The notes: generated by a model not told the origin, from the sequence alone. Shown: positions 35,836 to 49,067, counted from the whole stretch's first letter. The stretch is 64,000 nucleotides of DNA, filler included, from Lama guanicoe (GCA_013239625.1; 80 parts of 80 records of this genome joined end to end with filler, not necessarily neighbours in it); one strand, 5' to 3'. Program-made: numbers and translations.

Positions 35836-36389
35836 ACACCACTACAGCCACCGCCTTAGGGAGCAAGACAAGAAAGGGAAGGAGAGCCAGTTACCCTAGG
35901 CTAGAACCCAGTCCTTGCTCGTGCCAAAACAGTGCCCGCTGAGGGCACTGCACCCTCCTCTAAGGAGCAGGCTGACCTGAGGACGTGCCTCCAGNNNNNN
36001 NNNNNNNNNNNNNNNNNNNNNNNNNNNNNNNNNNNNNNTTAATTAATTAANNNNNNNNNNNNNNNNNNNNNNNNNNNNNNNNNNNNNNNNNNNNGCGAAC
36101 CCTGCACATGGTGGCCAGGATCGCCCCCCATGTGACGTGTCTCAAGTTCCTTGGCGTCCCTCACTGCTATCAGCTAGCTACAGTAAGTGCATGAGCTGGC
36201 TTCCACAGCGGTCCTTCCTCCTTCCTCTCCAGGCAGGCCCTCCTTTCCCACTAGTTGTCCCTATACCTTCTGTCCTGCGCTACATAAGCTGAAGGAATTC
36301 CTCAGCGTTTTCAGCAGGTAGATGGCGCTCTCCTATGTTTGGACTCCAGTGTTTGCAGTGGAAATTTAAGAGGTGAAAAGGAAGAGCTT

Positions 36390-36735
36390 GGGGGTTCTCC
36401 GTATCTAGGGGCTCCCTATCCAGCAGATTCAACTAACAGTGGTTTGAAAATATTCATGGAAAAACAGAAAGTTTCAAAAAGCAACACTTGAATTTGCCAT
36501 ACACTGACAACTACTTACATAGCATTCATGTTGTATTAGATACCATGCGTAATCTAGAGATGATTTAAAATACACAGGAGGACACAGCAAAAGAGAATGT
36601 GACAATGAATGTACGTGTATATTCATGTATAACTGAAAAATTGTGCATAAGTTCCATGCAAGTCCTATGCCATTTTATACAAGAGGCATAGATGTTGACG
36701 TCAGGGGGGAGTCCTGGAACCAGTGCCCCATGGTT
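36390..36735 (+). mobile_element. Tigger3a-like non-autonomous DNA transposon
   Basis: gattcaactaac...gaaaatattc, cttgaatttgcc, taatctagagatgatttaaa, gccattttata and gtcctggaacca follow the Tigger3a consensus order. Confidence 0.75.
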
Positions 36736-37044
36736 NNNNNNNNNNNNNNNNNNNNNNNNNNNNNNNNNNNNNNNNNNNNTTAATTAATTAANNNNNNNNN
36801 NNNNNNNNNNNNNNNNNNNNNNNNNNNNNNNNNNNTGTCTTCTTCAGGATTAATGTTGTTTTTTTTAATTTCTTTTGTCAGATTACCTATTGTTTTCATT
36901 AGCTACTAGCTACATAAAAGATAGGACAGCATTTTTGTTTTTTTAGTCATGTGTTCTTATTTTGTATACAGTTAAAGTATGTTTACATGACACTTTTTGA
37001 CATCCTATTCCCCAACTTATATTAGAGTCAATAAATATTTTATG

Positions 37045-37256
37045 TGAAAAAGTCAGTAAACTTTTTGTCAAGGGCCAAATAGCAAATTATTCAGGGCTTC
37101 AGGCCACATGTCTCATCTCAACTCTGCAACTGTAGCACAGAAGCAGTTACAGACAATACATAAAGTATGAGCGTGCCTGTGTTCTAGTAACACATTTTTT
37201 GCAAATACAGGCTGTGGGCTAGATCTGGCCCATGGGCTATAGTTTGGTAACTCCTG
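37045..37256 (+). mobile_element. MER58A-like hAT-Charlie MITE
   Basis: aaactttt..gt.aagggcca.atag...ctcaactctgc...atagtttgg.aactcctg. Confidence 0.75.
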
Positions 37257-37704
37257 TAAGTCTAACCTCTCTGTTTCTATATTCTGGGTGCAGAGAACAT
37301 CACTTTGGGTTCCCTGGGTAATTTAAGTATAAGAAACTCTCTATTTCTTACTATTTGGAAGGATGGTTTGGAGGCTCTGAGTAACCCTTACATTGTCTGC
37401 TCATTCCTAATGTCAAAAAACTCTAAAATATAAACTAGACAATGTAAAATTTTAAATCTTTAGGTTTATCTCAGTCAGGATTTTAATATATAGGTTGCAA
37501 CTTCAAACTGTCTATCTATCTATCTATCTATTTATCTATCATTGTCTTTCCTTTGTTCTGTTGAATCTGAATGTTTTCTCATGTTCACTTGTATCACAGG
37601 CACANNNNNNNNNNNNNNNNNNNNNNNNNNNNNNNNNNNNNNNNNNNNTTAATTAATTAANNNNNNNNNNNNNNNNNNNNNNNNNNNNNNNNNNNNNNNN
37701 NNNN

Positions 37705-38564
37705 ACTATGTAAGGAAGTGCTCTTACATCTACTTTTTACATGTAATGTCCAGATTTCCCAAAACTACTTGTTGAAGAGACTGTCTTTTTTCCATTGTAT
37801 ACTGTTGCATCCTTTATTGTAGGCTAATTGACCATATGTGTGTGTGTTTATTTAAGGACTCTTTATTTTGTTCCATTGATCTATGTGACTCTTTTAGTGA
37901 AATATTTTGATGTTTTCTTACTGTATATTTGTAGTATGTTTTAAAGTCAGGGAGGATAATAACCGTAGCTTTGTTCATTTTTCAAAGATAATTTTAAAAA
38001 ATTTGGGTCTTTCAGAATTTAGTAAAAATTTTATTATTTTCCACCTTGTTTTGTGAAGAAACATATGGATTCTGTGAGAATAGAAATTTAATAAAAGAAG
38101 AAAACCAGAGAAAAATTTTAAAGTGTGGAGGATAAATCATACAAGTTTAAACAACCAAGGATTGCTGTATAAATCAAAGAAAAAATACATAAAGAAATAT
38201 AACAACAAAAACAAATTCCATGTGTTATAACAAAAGCAATATTAATAGGGATGTTTATAGCAAAACAATCCGACTTATACAAATAAGAAACAACTCTCTC
38301 TTATAACATAATCTTTCAAACAAAAGATGTAGCAAAATAATAAACAAACTTGTTAGTGGAAAGAAAGACAGCTGAAATGTCAAAACATAAATACATAAAA
38401 TAAAGATTAAAAATAGAAACATCTAAACAAACTACATAATGACCTTTGAAAGATAAATTAAACTGATAAATTTTAAAGAGAATCATGAGCAAAAAAGAGA
38501 GTACATTTTAAAAATCTCCAAAATAAATGAGAAGTTATAGCTTATATCAAAGTAAAACAAAGCA
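37705..38564. mobile_element. Inverted (twin-primed-type) LINE-1: antisense ORF2 C-terminal part to ~38095, then sense upstream ORF2 part
   Basis: ttgttgaagagactgtctttttccattg is antisense L1; after ~38095 the sense L1 segment is shared with 7260-7940. Confidence 0.75.
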
Positions 38565-38664
38565 NNNNNNNNNNNNNNNNNNNNNNNNNNNNNNNNNNNN
38601 NNNNNNNNTTAATTAATTAANNNNNNNNNNNNNNNNNNNNNNNNNNNNNNNNNNNNNNNNNNNN

Positions 38665-38965
38665 AACTTTGGTACACGCAATGTGGATGAATCTCTTCAT
38701 TAATGTTAAGTAAGAGATAAATGCAAGAGTATATTCTTTTGTATGGGACCATTTACAAAATGGCAAACATGGGAATAGAAACCAGAACAGTGTTTGGAGG
38801 TGACTGACTGACAAGAGGCATGGAAACTTTCGGGGATAATGAAAAAAAAATATATATATATATCTCATGATTGGGGTACCAGTTATATAGGTATCCACAT
38901 TTGTAAAACTCAAGTCTTACACTTAACATTTGCTCATTTCAATAAATTTTCCTTTAATATAGAAA
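38665..38965 (+). mobile_element. Ancient L1M 3' end
   Basis: atgtggatgaatctc, ggcatggaaactttcggggataatgaaa, catttgtaaaactca. Confidence 0.65.
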
Positions 38966-39602
38966 TCAATGAAAGGAAATTTAATTATCTTAAAAGCACC
39001 AAATCACAAACCATGAGGCAAAAAGATGACAAATTTTATAATATCAACATTTAGGATTTCCAGTAAATAAAAAATGTAACTAGCATATANNNNNNNNNNN
39101 NNNNNNNNNNNNNNNNNNNNNNNNNNNNNNNNNTTAATTAATTAANNNNNNNNNNNNNNNNNNNNNNNNNNNNNNNNNNNNNNNNNNNNCCCTGGCAGTC
39201 AGAGGGCGAGTGTGTTGCAACGACATGAACCATTCACCGTGGTCTCCAGGGTTTGTGCTCATCTCAGCTCATCCAGGCTCAGGTGATGGCAGAGCAGAGA
39301 GTGGTGGCAAGAGGTCAGCCATGAGTAGGAGGGAGCAACTGGAGTGAGCTGGGGCCCAAGTGGCTAGGAGTTCCAGGTTGAATTCCCAGGACTTCCCACA
39401 GCTCATTCATTCAGCTAATACTTCTCAAGCACCTGTGATGTGCTGGTGTTTCCTTTGTGAACAGAACCAAATCCCTGTCCTCAAGAATGTGATGTTCTAG
39501 TGGACATAAGAAATGATAAAAGCAGAAGCAGATCCAGGTCAGGACACATAAGTACTGTCTACTTTGGAGTGCACAAGGTGAGATCCTTTGGGAAGGAATG
39601 TA

Positions 39603-39955
39603 TGATACAGGAAAATGTGGGGGAGAGGATGGCCACAGGTCTTATTTGGGTCCCTGAGATGCACCTCGTGAAATGTGGGTCCTTGGTTTGCACAGGAATG
39701 AATCCAAGAGAGAGCCACAGTTCAGTAAATGTAGATTTATTCAGAGAGATATATACTCCACAGACAGAGTGGGCTGTTTCAGAAGGCAAGAGAAAGGCCA
39801 TGAGGCGTGGGGGTTGGGTGCTCCAGTTTAAAGTAAAAATAGATACACACTCCTCTGACATAGTGTGGGCTGTCTCTCTCAGCAGAGAGAGCAGCCACGA
39901 GGTGTTGTTGTTAGTTTTTAGGCACTCAGGATTTTCATATGCTAATAAGTGTGAG
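39603..39955 (-). mobile_element. ERV1-like LTR 3' part (same family and flank as 4291-4906)
   Basis: Highly similar reverse complement of ~4550-4906; the spurious ORFs 39559-39861(-) and 4645-4983(+) are near-identical. Confidence 0.85.
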
Positions 39956-42229
39956 NNNNNNNNNNNNNNNNNNNNNNNNNNNNNNNNNNNNNNNNNNNNT
40001 TAATTAATTAANNNNNNNNNNNNNNNNNNNNNNNNNNNNNNNNNNNNNNNNNNNNGAGAGGCATAAATAAGATAAACTGTGAATCTTCCCTACTGAAATT
40101 TCAGAAATGAAACTGTTTTTAAAGTCTACACAGCTTATATTCTGCCTATAACTGTCTTTTAAAATAGCATCATATTTATTAAATGTTAATTAACTCAATT
40201 AACTCCCTTTTGAAACCTTCTATTAAAGAACATGAAATGCACTACGTAAAAGCACCACGCCTGCAGTGACTACCTTAGCTGTCTTGACGGCAGTGCAGTC
40301 AGCACCCACCATCCCGTGGCCCTGAGCTCCTGATGCTGGTAAGAGCACGCTGCCGCCTCAGATGGAGAGAAACTGTGAAAGCATTCTAAGCAGGCTCCTT
40401 TGAGGCTGTCATTTTCTGTTTCTGGCCAACCCCGGTCAATGAGCAGAANNNNNNNNNNNNNNNNNNNNNNNNNNNNNNNNNNNNNNNNNNNNTTAATTAA
40501 TTAANNNNNNNNNNNNNNNNNNNNNNNNNNNNNNNNNNNNNNNNNNNNTCTACATTCACCTTCGGCAGGTGAGTGTATGTCCTTATAGAAGTTGAGGCAT
40601 AACTGCAATTTTCCTGGAAATTTCTCACCACTAGTCCATCTGATTTTTCTGTGCTAGGACTCAGTATGGCCTGCTAAAAACTCTGGAGTCAGATCTTGAA
40701 ACCCCTGATGAAGAGGATTATTTATTTCATTTCCCTATATGATAGACTTTTACTATTAAAATTCAGAATTTTTGCTTCTTTCAGGAATTTTTCGGGGTGT
40801 TGGAGAATCAACTTTGCTCTTACCATCTTTGTGACCTGTCGCTTTGTGCCTCTCAACTGTCTTCTGTCACTTGTGAGGCGGTTCCATTTGTGACCCTGTC
40901 AGGGTTGTTCATTTTATAAAACACAAAGCCTGTAAAAGTACTTTTACTCCGAAGGCATTCCACAAATACTCCTTTAATCTGGGTGTGGTTTTAAGTAGAC
41001 AGAATCATTAGAACATGACATTGNNNNNNNNNNNNNNNNNNNNNNNNNNNNNNNNNNNNNNNNNNNNNNNNNNNNNNNNNNNNNNNNNNNNNNNNNNNNN
41101 NNNNNNNNNNNNNNNNNNNNNNNNNNNNNNNNNNNNNNNNNNNNNNNNNNNNNNNNNNNNNNNNNNNNNNNNNNNNNNNNNNNNNNNNNNNNNNNNNNNN
41201 NNNNNNNNNNNNNNNNNNNNNNNNNNNNNNNNNNNNNNNNNNNNNNNNNNNNNNNNNNNNNNNNNNNNNNNNNNNNNNNNNNNNNNNNNNNNNNNNNNNN
41301 NNNNNNNNNNNNNNNNNNNNNNNNNNNNNNNNNNNNNNNNNNNNNNNNNNNNNNNNNNNNNNNNNNNNNNNNNNNNNNNACTCGTGAGTCCAGGTGGGCA
41401 GTGTTGGTGGCTTCCTCTTGAGCGGTGGGACAGTCAGTGGGTAAAAGGGAACAGATTGAAGGCATGTTAAGATGGTAAAAAGGAAAGGATGAATGCTGTC
41501 TGTGAATGTAGGATGGAGTAAGGCCAAGGTTTCTGTGAGTATTAATGAGGTAAATGATGGTCCTGCTTTTCTGTGAGGAGGGAAAGCTGCAGAGGGATTT
41601 CTGGGGGAAAACTGATGAGNNNNNNNNNNNNNNNNNNNNNNNNNNNNNNNNNNNNNNNNNNNNTTAATTAATTAANNNNNNNNNNNNNNNNNNNNNNNNN
41701 NNNNNNNNNNNNNNNNNNNTGCCTGTGAAATGGAAATGGGAGATACTTCTACCCAATAAAATGTCATACAACTAACCATCAAAATTATATATATTAAAAA
41801 AAAAGCCAGGGCTTTATGCTGTCCAGGGTTATGAATCATTTATTTAATGTGTCAATTGCTACAAGAATAAACTTTTCTAAATGTAAAACCTCCTCAGAAA
41901 TCTTCAACTACTATTCAAGAAAAAATATCTCAGAAAATTTCTGAGAAGTATTTAAAGGAAAATCATTTTAACTGAATCATATTCTATGCACACTGAATAC
42001 ATTCTCTTTAGAGAACTCCTAGTTTTTTTTAAATGACCTATAAAAATACACCCAGTATTAATCAGTAAATCTTCATTCCTTATTTTTAAAATTCTTAAGA
42101 CATGCTATTTTTCTTAAATCAAATGTGTAGGTATTCGCAAGCCAATGGACAACGGAATTACCTAAGAAGACATTATAAAGCAGCAAGAGCAACTAGCACT
42201 TTGCCAAACATCCTGCCTGAGAGCCACTC

Positions 42230-42365
42230 GGATCATCTCATTTTGACCATCCATCAGCCCATTTAACACATGAAGAAACTGAGGCTCTGGGTGGTCATGT
42301 TTCCTGTACTTGATGGAGCCGGGATCTAAACCCGGATCTTTGTCTATAGAGCCTGTGCCTTTACC
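42230..42365 (-). mobile_element. MIR SINE
   Basis: cccattt..cacatgaagaaactgaggctc MIR core. Confidence 0.6.
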
Positions 42366-42691
42366 AGATCACACTTATACTTCTCATAATTCAAATGCAC
42401 TCAGTCCCCGAGGTAAAACACCTTCCTTGCGTTTCTGAGAGTTTTAGGAAGTACTGAATTATGAGGACTAAGCAGATATTTTGTGTGGGCTAATTTTTTA
42501 TTTTCTGATTTTCATGAGTCAGTTCAGGCTGAATTCATACTAACAAGGAGAAGTCCTGAGGCAGAGGAGAGAGGGGAAGATAAGCCAGTCANNNNNNNNN
42601 NNNNNNNNNNNNNNNNNNNNNNNNNNNNNNNNNNNTTAATTAATTAANNNNNNNNNNNNNNNNNNNNNNNNNNNNNNNNNNNNNNNNNNNN

Positions 42692-43618
42692 TTTTTAAAA
42701 TAAAGCTACAGTAATCAGAAATTATGGTATTGATGTAAAACACGAAAACAGAATAATGGAACAGAATAGAACGTTCAGAACTAAACCAACACTTACATGG
42801 ACAATTGATTCTCAATAAGGATGCAGTGGAGGAAGGGTCTTTTCAACAAGCAGTGCTGGAACAATTAGATATCCATATGCAAAAAAAAAAAANNNNNNNN
42901 NNNNNNNNNNNNNNNNNNNNNNNNNNNNNNNNNNNNNNNNNNNNNNNNNNNNNNNNNNNNNNNNNNNNNNNNNNNNNNNNNNNNNNNNNNNNNNNNNNNN
43001 NNNNNNNNNNNNNNNNNNNNNNNNNNNNNNNNNNNNNNNNNNNNNNNNNNNNNNNNNNNNNNNNNNNNCTGATACAGTGAACTTCATCAAAATGAAGACA
43101 CTTCAAAGCTCTTCCTAAACACTGCTAAGCAAGTGAAAAGCCAAGCCATAGATAGACAGAAACTATTTGCAGATCATATATCTGATAAAGGTCTCTCTTT
43201 GTATCTGATCCAGAATAAAGAACTCTAAAAACTCAATACTAAATCAAGGGACAATGAGCCAGACCTGAAAACACACTTCACTAAAGATATCCAGATGGCT
43301 AATCAGCATGAAAAGATGTTGATTAAAGATGCCATTAGTCATTAGTGAAATGCTTTTTAAAACCACAATGAGATACTAGTACACATACAAACTAGAAGGA
43401 ATACAATTACAAAGACCTCACAAAGCACTGGCTAGGAAGTAGAGCAACCAGAATTGATACACACCATGAGGAACTTACAATAATACAATCATTTTGGGAA
43501 ACTGTTCAGCAGTTTCTTAAAAAAAAGGTAAACAGCTATCTACCATACCCAGACCCAGACATTCCTCAACTCGGTGCTTTAAAAAACAAAAGCATACATC
43601 TATACAAAGACTTGTAAC
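42692..43618 (+). mobile_element. Old L1M ORF2 3' fragment (gapped)
   Basis: taaagctacagtaatca, aatggaacagaataga, tgctggaacaattagatatccatatgc, aaccacaatgagatac. Confidence 0.85.
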
Positions 43619-45209
43619 NNNNNNNNNNNNNNNNNNNNNNNNNNNNNNNNNNNNNNNNNNNNTTAATTAATTAANNNNNNNNNNNNNNNNNNNNNNNNNN
43701 NNNNNNNNNNNNNNNNNNAAAAGCCTTGGAAAAAATTTATTGTTCTAATTAAGTAAAATAAAGTTCAATGAAAGGAAAAGTACGCTTTTGGAGAAATTGA
43801 TAGGACATTTAGAACTTTATAGTCTCATTAAAATACCAATAATTCAGCCTCCCCCTACCCTGCAAAACGGGATGGAGTAACAGCTATTCTAGAGAGATTT
43901 TTCAGATTTATTCATTTTCACACTATCTAAATAATAAATAATCTGTAATGAATTAGAAAATTCAATCCATTTCTGAGAGTAGGCAGTCTGTTTTTCTGTA
44001 TTCAATGCTGGAGTGAAACTTATTTTTGTGTTCTTTTCATTCACGGGAGATAGAATTTCCAAGTGTTTTTGAATTCTTTTTGTTCCTCTAAAATTAAGTG
44101 ACTTTGGTGGTAATCTCCTGACCTCAGTTTTCTCCTCCCAGTTTTCCCCANNNNNNNNNNNNNNNNNNNNNNNNNNNNNNNNNNNNNNNNNNNNTTAATT
44201 AATTAANNNNNNNNNNNNNNNNNNNNNNNNNNNNNNNNNNNNNNNNNNNNTGAGTGAGACCTGACCCAGCGCCGGCAGCGTTGGTACAGCCCCTCACTGT
44301 GGGCTTTCCGTGGGCTGCGGCCTCAGGATAATGGGATGCAGCGGAACATGCCTCTGTCTCCAACCAGGTGAGCTGAGTAGGGACTTCTCTATAGAGTGGG
44401 TGCCTGGTGACTTCGGTTCCAAGTTCTGTTGGGCTCTATTGCCAGGGAAGTGAGGTCACTTATATCCAAGCTTCCTCCTGACACAAAGCTCCCCAAGGGA
44501 CTTTCTTGGCTGCCGATCTCTCATTTCTCACTCCATGTTATGTTCACACACAGTGACACCAACTCAGCCCCCCCATAGCCCTGGGGAGGCCTGGATGCAG
44601 CCAGTACCGCAGCTCTGAAGACACAGCTGGGTTCAGACCTGGCTCTCCCCACTCAGCAGTACTATCACCCTCGACAAGCCACGTGCCTCTCAGGGTCTCC
44701 CCAATCCCCCATTGGCACAGTGGATATCATTCTGGCCCCTGCTGTCTAGAGACAGAAGCCATCCTGTCTCTAGACCAAGAAACACCTACTGCATCTGTCA
44801 CCCCCACGGTCTGGCTTCACAGGGAGCTCGTGCACAGACTCAGCAAAGGAAGGACTCCACAGAGGGCTGGCGGAGCTCAGAGCAGATGCCACGCAGGCCG
44901 GGGTCTGCCCTGGGGTCTGGAGAAAGTCACTCTCCTTGCTACTTGATTCCCAGCTCCCAGTCGTGGGAGTGAAATTTAATACAACTCTGACATTGTCCGC
45001 TCTGGCATACAACCTCCTAGGGCATTCTGTCATGTTGATTTGCAGGTCCAGTGTCTCATATCGGCCTCTGTGGTGGGCTGCCCCACAATGTCTTCCTATT
45101 TTTGCCTTCNNNNNNNNNNNNNNNNNNNNNNNNNNNNNNNNNNNNNNNNNNNNTTAATTAATTAANNNNNNNNNNNNNNNNNNNNNNNNNNNNNNNNNNN
45201 NNNNNNNNN

Positions 45210-45858
45210 ACCTTTAGAAGCTTCATTTCCACAAGAGGAAGTGTCCTGTGCACTTTCCTCTTTGCGAGATAAGCGTAATCAAAATGAGGTTATGCTAATC
45301 AAAATACTACGTGGTGTTCATCACAAGTAAGGCAACACCAGCAATTGGAGATATACCAGACAACACACACAGGAACAGGACATGGCATCAATGTCTAGGA
45401 GAAATTGTCCTCACAGAATCCCCATATAATTGCGTAGAAGCAATGGTCTAAAATTTTCACTTAACAAAGCATTACATTAGAGATATTACCTGACCAGGAG
45501 ATATAAAGAAGTACAGTAAAAGAAATAGGAAGTACCATTTTCAGTTCCAAAGAGATTGAAGGCCCAAAAGATAAGCTTTCAAACAACTAGACTGCAAAAC
45601 GCTATCCAGAGCAAGTATTGAAAGCGGAGGTTAGGGAATCACTGAAGAACTACAGTGTCTCAGAATCACAAAAGGCAGAATACCAGAAAAGGGGAAGAGA
45701 AAGTCTAACGATGAGCCAAATAATATCAGAACACTCAATGGATGAGATAATATCAGGGCTAAACACCAGTCCTAAGCAGACTAGATAATGCAGAGGGACC
45801 CGTGATTGACTGTGAAGACAGGGGAACCGAAATCCCTCGGTCAGAAGCAGACATAGGA
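45210..45858 (+). pseudogene. Unidentified multicopy coding-like family, copy 3
   Basis: Bridges copy 2 (11808-12125) and copy 1 (1016-1345, reverse complement); several stops in the frames examined. Confidence 0.45.
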
Positions 45859-46611
45859 NNNNNNNNNNNNNNNNNNNNNNNNNNNNNNNNNNNNNNNNNN
45901 NNNNNNNNNNNNNNNNNNNNNNNNNNNNNNNNNNNNNNNNNNNNNNNNNNNNNNNNNNNNNNNNNNNNNNNNNNNNNNNNNNNNNNNNNNNNNNNNNNNN
46001 NNNNNNNNNNNNNNNNNNNNNNNNNNNNNNNNNNNNNNNNNNNNNNNNNNNNNNNNNNNNNNNNNNNNNNNNNNNNNNNNNNNNNNNNNNNNNNNNNNNN
46101 NNNNNNNNNNNNNNNNNNNNNNNNNNNNNNNNNNNNNNNNNNNNNNNNNNNNNNNNNNNNNNNNNNNNNNNNNNNNNNNNNNNNNNNNNNNNNNNNNNNN
46201 NNNNNNNNNNNNNNNNNNNNNNNNNNNNNNNNNNNNNNNNNNNNNNNNNNNNNNNNNNNNNNNNNNNNNNNNNNNNNNNNNNNNNNNNNNNNNNNNNNNN
46301 NNNNNNNNNNNNNNNNNNNNNNNNNNNNNNNNNNNNNNNNNNNNNNNNNNNNNNNNNNNNNNNNNNNNNNNNNNNNNNNNNNAAAAAAAAGAAACGAATT
46401 CAGCAGTTCGATTCTTATCCTAAAAGGCAGGATGAAAATTCTCCCCTTAATAGAAAAGTAGTAAGATGAAATGGAAAGAAGAAAACCATTATTGGAAATG
46501 CAAGAGGAGAANNNNNNNNNNNNNNNNNNNNNNNNNNNNNNNNNNNNNNNNNNNNTTAATTAATTAANNNNNNNNNNNNNNNNNNNNNNNNNNNNNNNNN
46601 NNNNNNNNNNN

Positions 46612-47017
46612 AGATTAAAAGTGTGTACACACTACACAGACAGAGTGTGGGCCTTCTCCGGAGAGGGAGAGAGCGTGGTGACCGCTAGGTGGTGCTGCGT
46701 TGCTAGTTTTCTTGGGCTTGGTGATTTCATACGCTAATAAGTAGAAGGACTAGCCTTAGGGCAAGGGGCTGGGATTCAAAGGTAGTTGGCCATTTCCCAC
46801 ACTGTGACCTTTTGTGGCTAGCCTTGTTACTGCCATTGTGCCTGGGGCATGTTATTCACCATGTTACTATTACAATGGGTGTTTAATGAAGCTCAAGATA
46901 AAATCTCTTCATCCTGAGCCTCAAGGACTATTGGGGGTTGAATCCTTCACCATTTTGATGTTAATTGCTGTGGCCTTCCTTGAATGGCTGTGCTCTGCCC
47001 CCTTCCATCCTGTCTCA
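46612..47017 (-). mobile_element. ERV1-like LTR, diverged subfamily of the 4291 LTR
   Basis: Ends in cctgtctca (reverse complement TGAGACAGG); shares acagacagagtgtgggc, gctaataagt and tgacctttt.tgg. Confidence 0.75.
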
Positions 47018-47724
47018 CTGTGATGACACAGAGAGAGCAAAGGCCTGGCCCTGCCTGTGCTCCTGCATTTAATAGCGGGAGGTTTGGGGTGGGCTGAGGA
47101 TGACTCTGAGTGGTGAGAAGGATGTTTCAGATTNNNNNNNNNNNNNNNNNNNNNNNNNNNNNNNNNNNNNNNNNNNNTTAATTAATTAANNNNNNNNNNN
47201 NNNNNNNNNNNNNNNNNNNNNNNNNNNNNNNNNACACAGGCCTACCCAGGTCACCCACTTTGTTAGTGCAGAGTCAGGTGAATGTGGGCTTGGGATTTCC
47301 AGGCAGTATCATTATGATGGTCTGTGGGACGGAGCAGCATTCACTTGCTTGTTTATTCATTCATTCAACAAACATTTATTGAGTAAACTCTGTGGGTCAT
47401 ATGCTTTCTTTGGCTTATCTGATTATTCATCACTACTGAGAATCAGGCAATGTTCATATTTTTTAATCTGAGAAAATTAGCTCTGAGAGGTTATATCCCT
47501 CCGNNNNNNNNNNNNNNNNNNNNNNNNNNNNNNNNNNNNNNNNNNNNNNNNNNNNNNNNNNNNNNNNNNNNNNNNNNNNNNNNNNNNNNNNNNNNNNNNN
47601 NNNNNNNNNNNNNNNNNNNNNNNNNNNNNNNNNNNNNTTTTTTTTTAATTGAAGTATAGTCAAGTTTACAATGTTGTGTCAATTGCAAGGTGTTTTTTGA
47701 CTTTTGAATTAAAAAATACTTTTT

Positions 47725-47845
47725 CAGGAGGGTAATTAGGTGTATTTATTTGTTTCATTTTTTAAAATGAGGTACTGGGTTTTGAACCCAGGACCTCGTA
47801 CATGGTAAACATGTGCTGTACCACTGAACTGTATCCTCTTCCCCT
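47725..47845 (-). mobile_element. tRNA-derived SINE (camelid-type)
   Basis: Reverse complement has an A-box-like cagttcagtggtacag, a B-box GGTTCAAAACC and tail ctaattaccctcc. Confidence 0.75.
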
Positions 47846-48227
47846 AGGCAAGTTTTCTTATCCATTATTATGAAGCTTAGGGGTTCAAATAATTTGGATA
47901 GAAATCCAGATCTTTTAATCCTACTGTGGACCTTTTCTTTATATTCTGCTGAAGGGGTTTGGGGAAAGCATTTTTTTGTTCATTTTTTATTCAGCATTTT
48001 TGAGCAGTGAATTTGCATCAGGGCCTTGCTAGGTGCTTAGAAATAGAAAATAAGAAATGATCCTTCTCTGCAGAGGCAGAAAGCCTAGACCAAAAGCTGG
48101 GTAATATGATCCGAGATACATTAGCCANNNNNNNNNNNNNNNNNNNNNNNNNNNNNNNNNNNNNNNNNNNNTTAATTAATTAANNNNNNNNNNNNNNNNN
48201 NNNNNNNNNNNNNNNNNNNNNNNNNNN

Positions 48228-48600
48228 CCTATCCATCCCTTAACAAATCCCCACTTTATTTTCCTAACCTCCACGTCCTGTCTCTGAATTCTTTCTGTGA
48301 TGGAAAGAACCTAGTCACCACCGGCAGCAAACCTAGAACATGAGGTCAGACCACAGTGTTGACCAGAGCTAGCGGTTTTAAGCTTTTGACCCCCCTCCCC
48401 CCCAGTACCTTTGTCTAAAGGGAAAGAATTCACACCTTGGGGGAGGCTGTAAAAAGTGACCACAAGTGACCACAGTGGTGAATTTATTGGAAACAAGACA
48501 CCTGCAGTGGGGCCTCTTGTTAGATAAAGGCATGTACTTGAGGGCATTTGTGCCTCAGCCTCGATGCTTTGAGTTAATAATACTCAATTGGTGTCTAAAG
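48228..48600 (+). mobile_element. Possible ERV/LTR-derived sequence
   Basis: U5-like tgtctctgaattctttctgtgatggaaagaacc followed by LTR-like sequence; family not recognised. Confidence 0.35.
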
Positions 48601-49067
48601 TCTTTTATAAGGAATTTTTTTTAGTCTTTCAACATTTTAAAGGTTTTCTTTTAAGATTTTTAAAGTAATCTTTTTAAAAGTGTATTTCTCTGTACATGCA
48701 ACCATCAGCCCGGGTGGGCGCTGAGCTGGGGCTCAGTCCCCCTGTACCCATCCTACAGGCAGAGATGGGCAAGTTACCAGAGGGTGTCACGGCCTCATCT
48801 CCCAGGGCTGATAAGACAGACTAAACGCATTACAGCCTTTGAACAGGTAGATCCACAGTGTGTATTCAGTAATTGTTAGGTAAATGCGAGGGGCTTAAAT
48901 ACATAGTTGTTTTCAGATGCTTTCATTAGAGCCTTCTTATCATGTGGTCATGTTGCAGAAGAGATGGNNNNNNNNNNNNNNNNNNNNNNNNNNNNNNNNN
49001 NNNNNNNNNNNTTAATTAATTAANNNNNNNNNNNNNNNNNNNNNNNNNNNNNNNNNNNNNNNNNNNN

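Noticed and set aside
40549..40574. TCR/Ig J segment (TTC ACC TTC GGC followed by a GTGAGT donor)
   Set aside because: The donor follows FG almost immediately with no FGXGTXLTV. It may be an ordinary exon end but is too short to identify.
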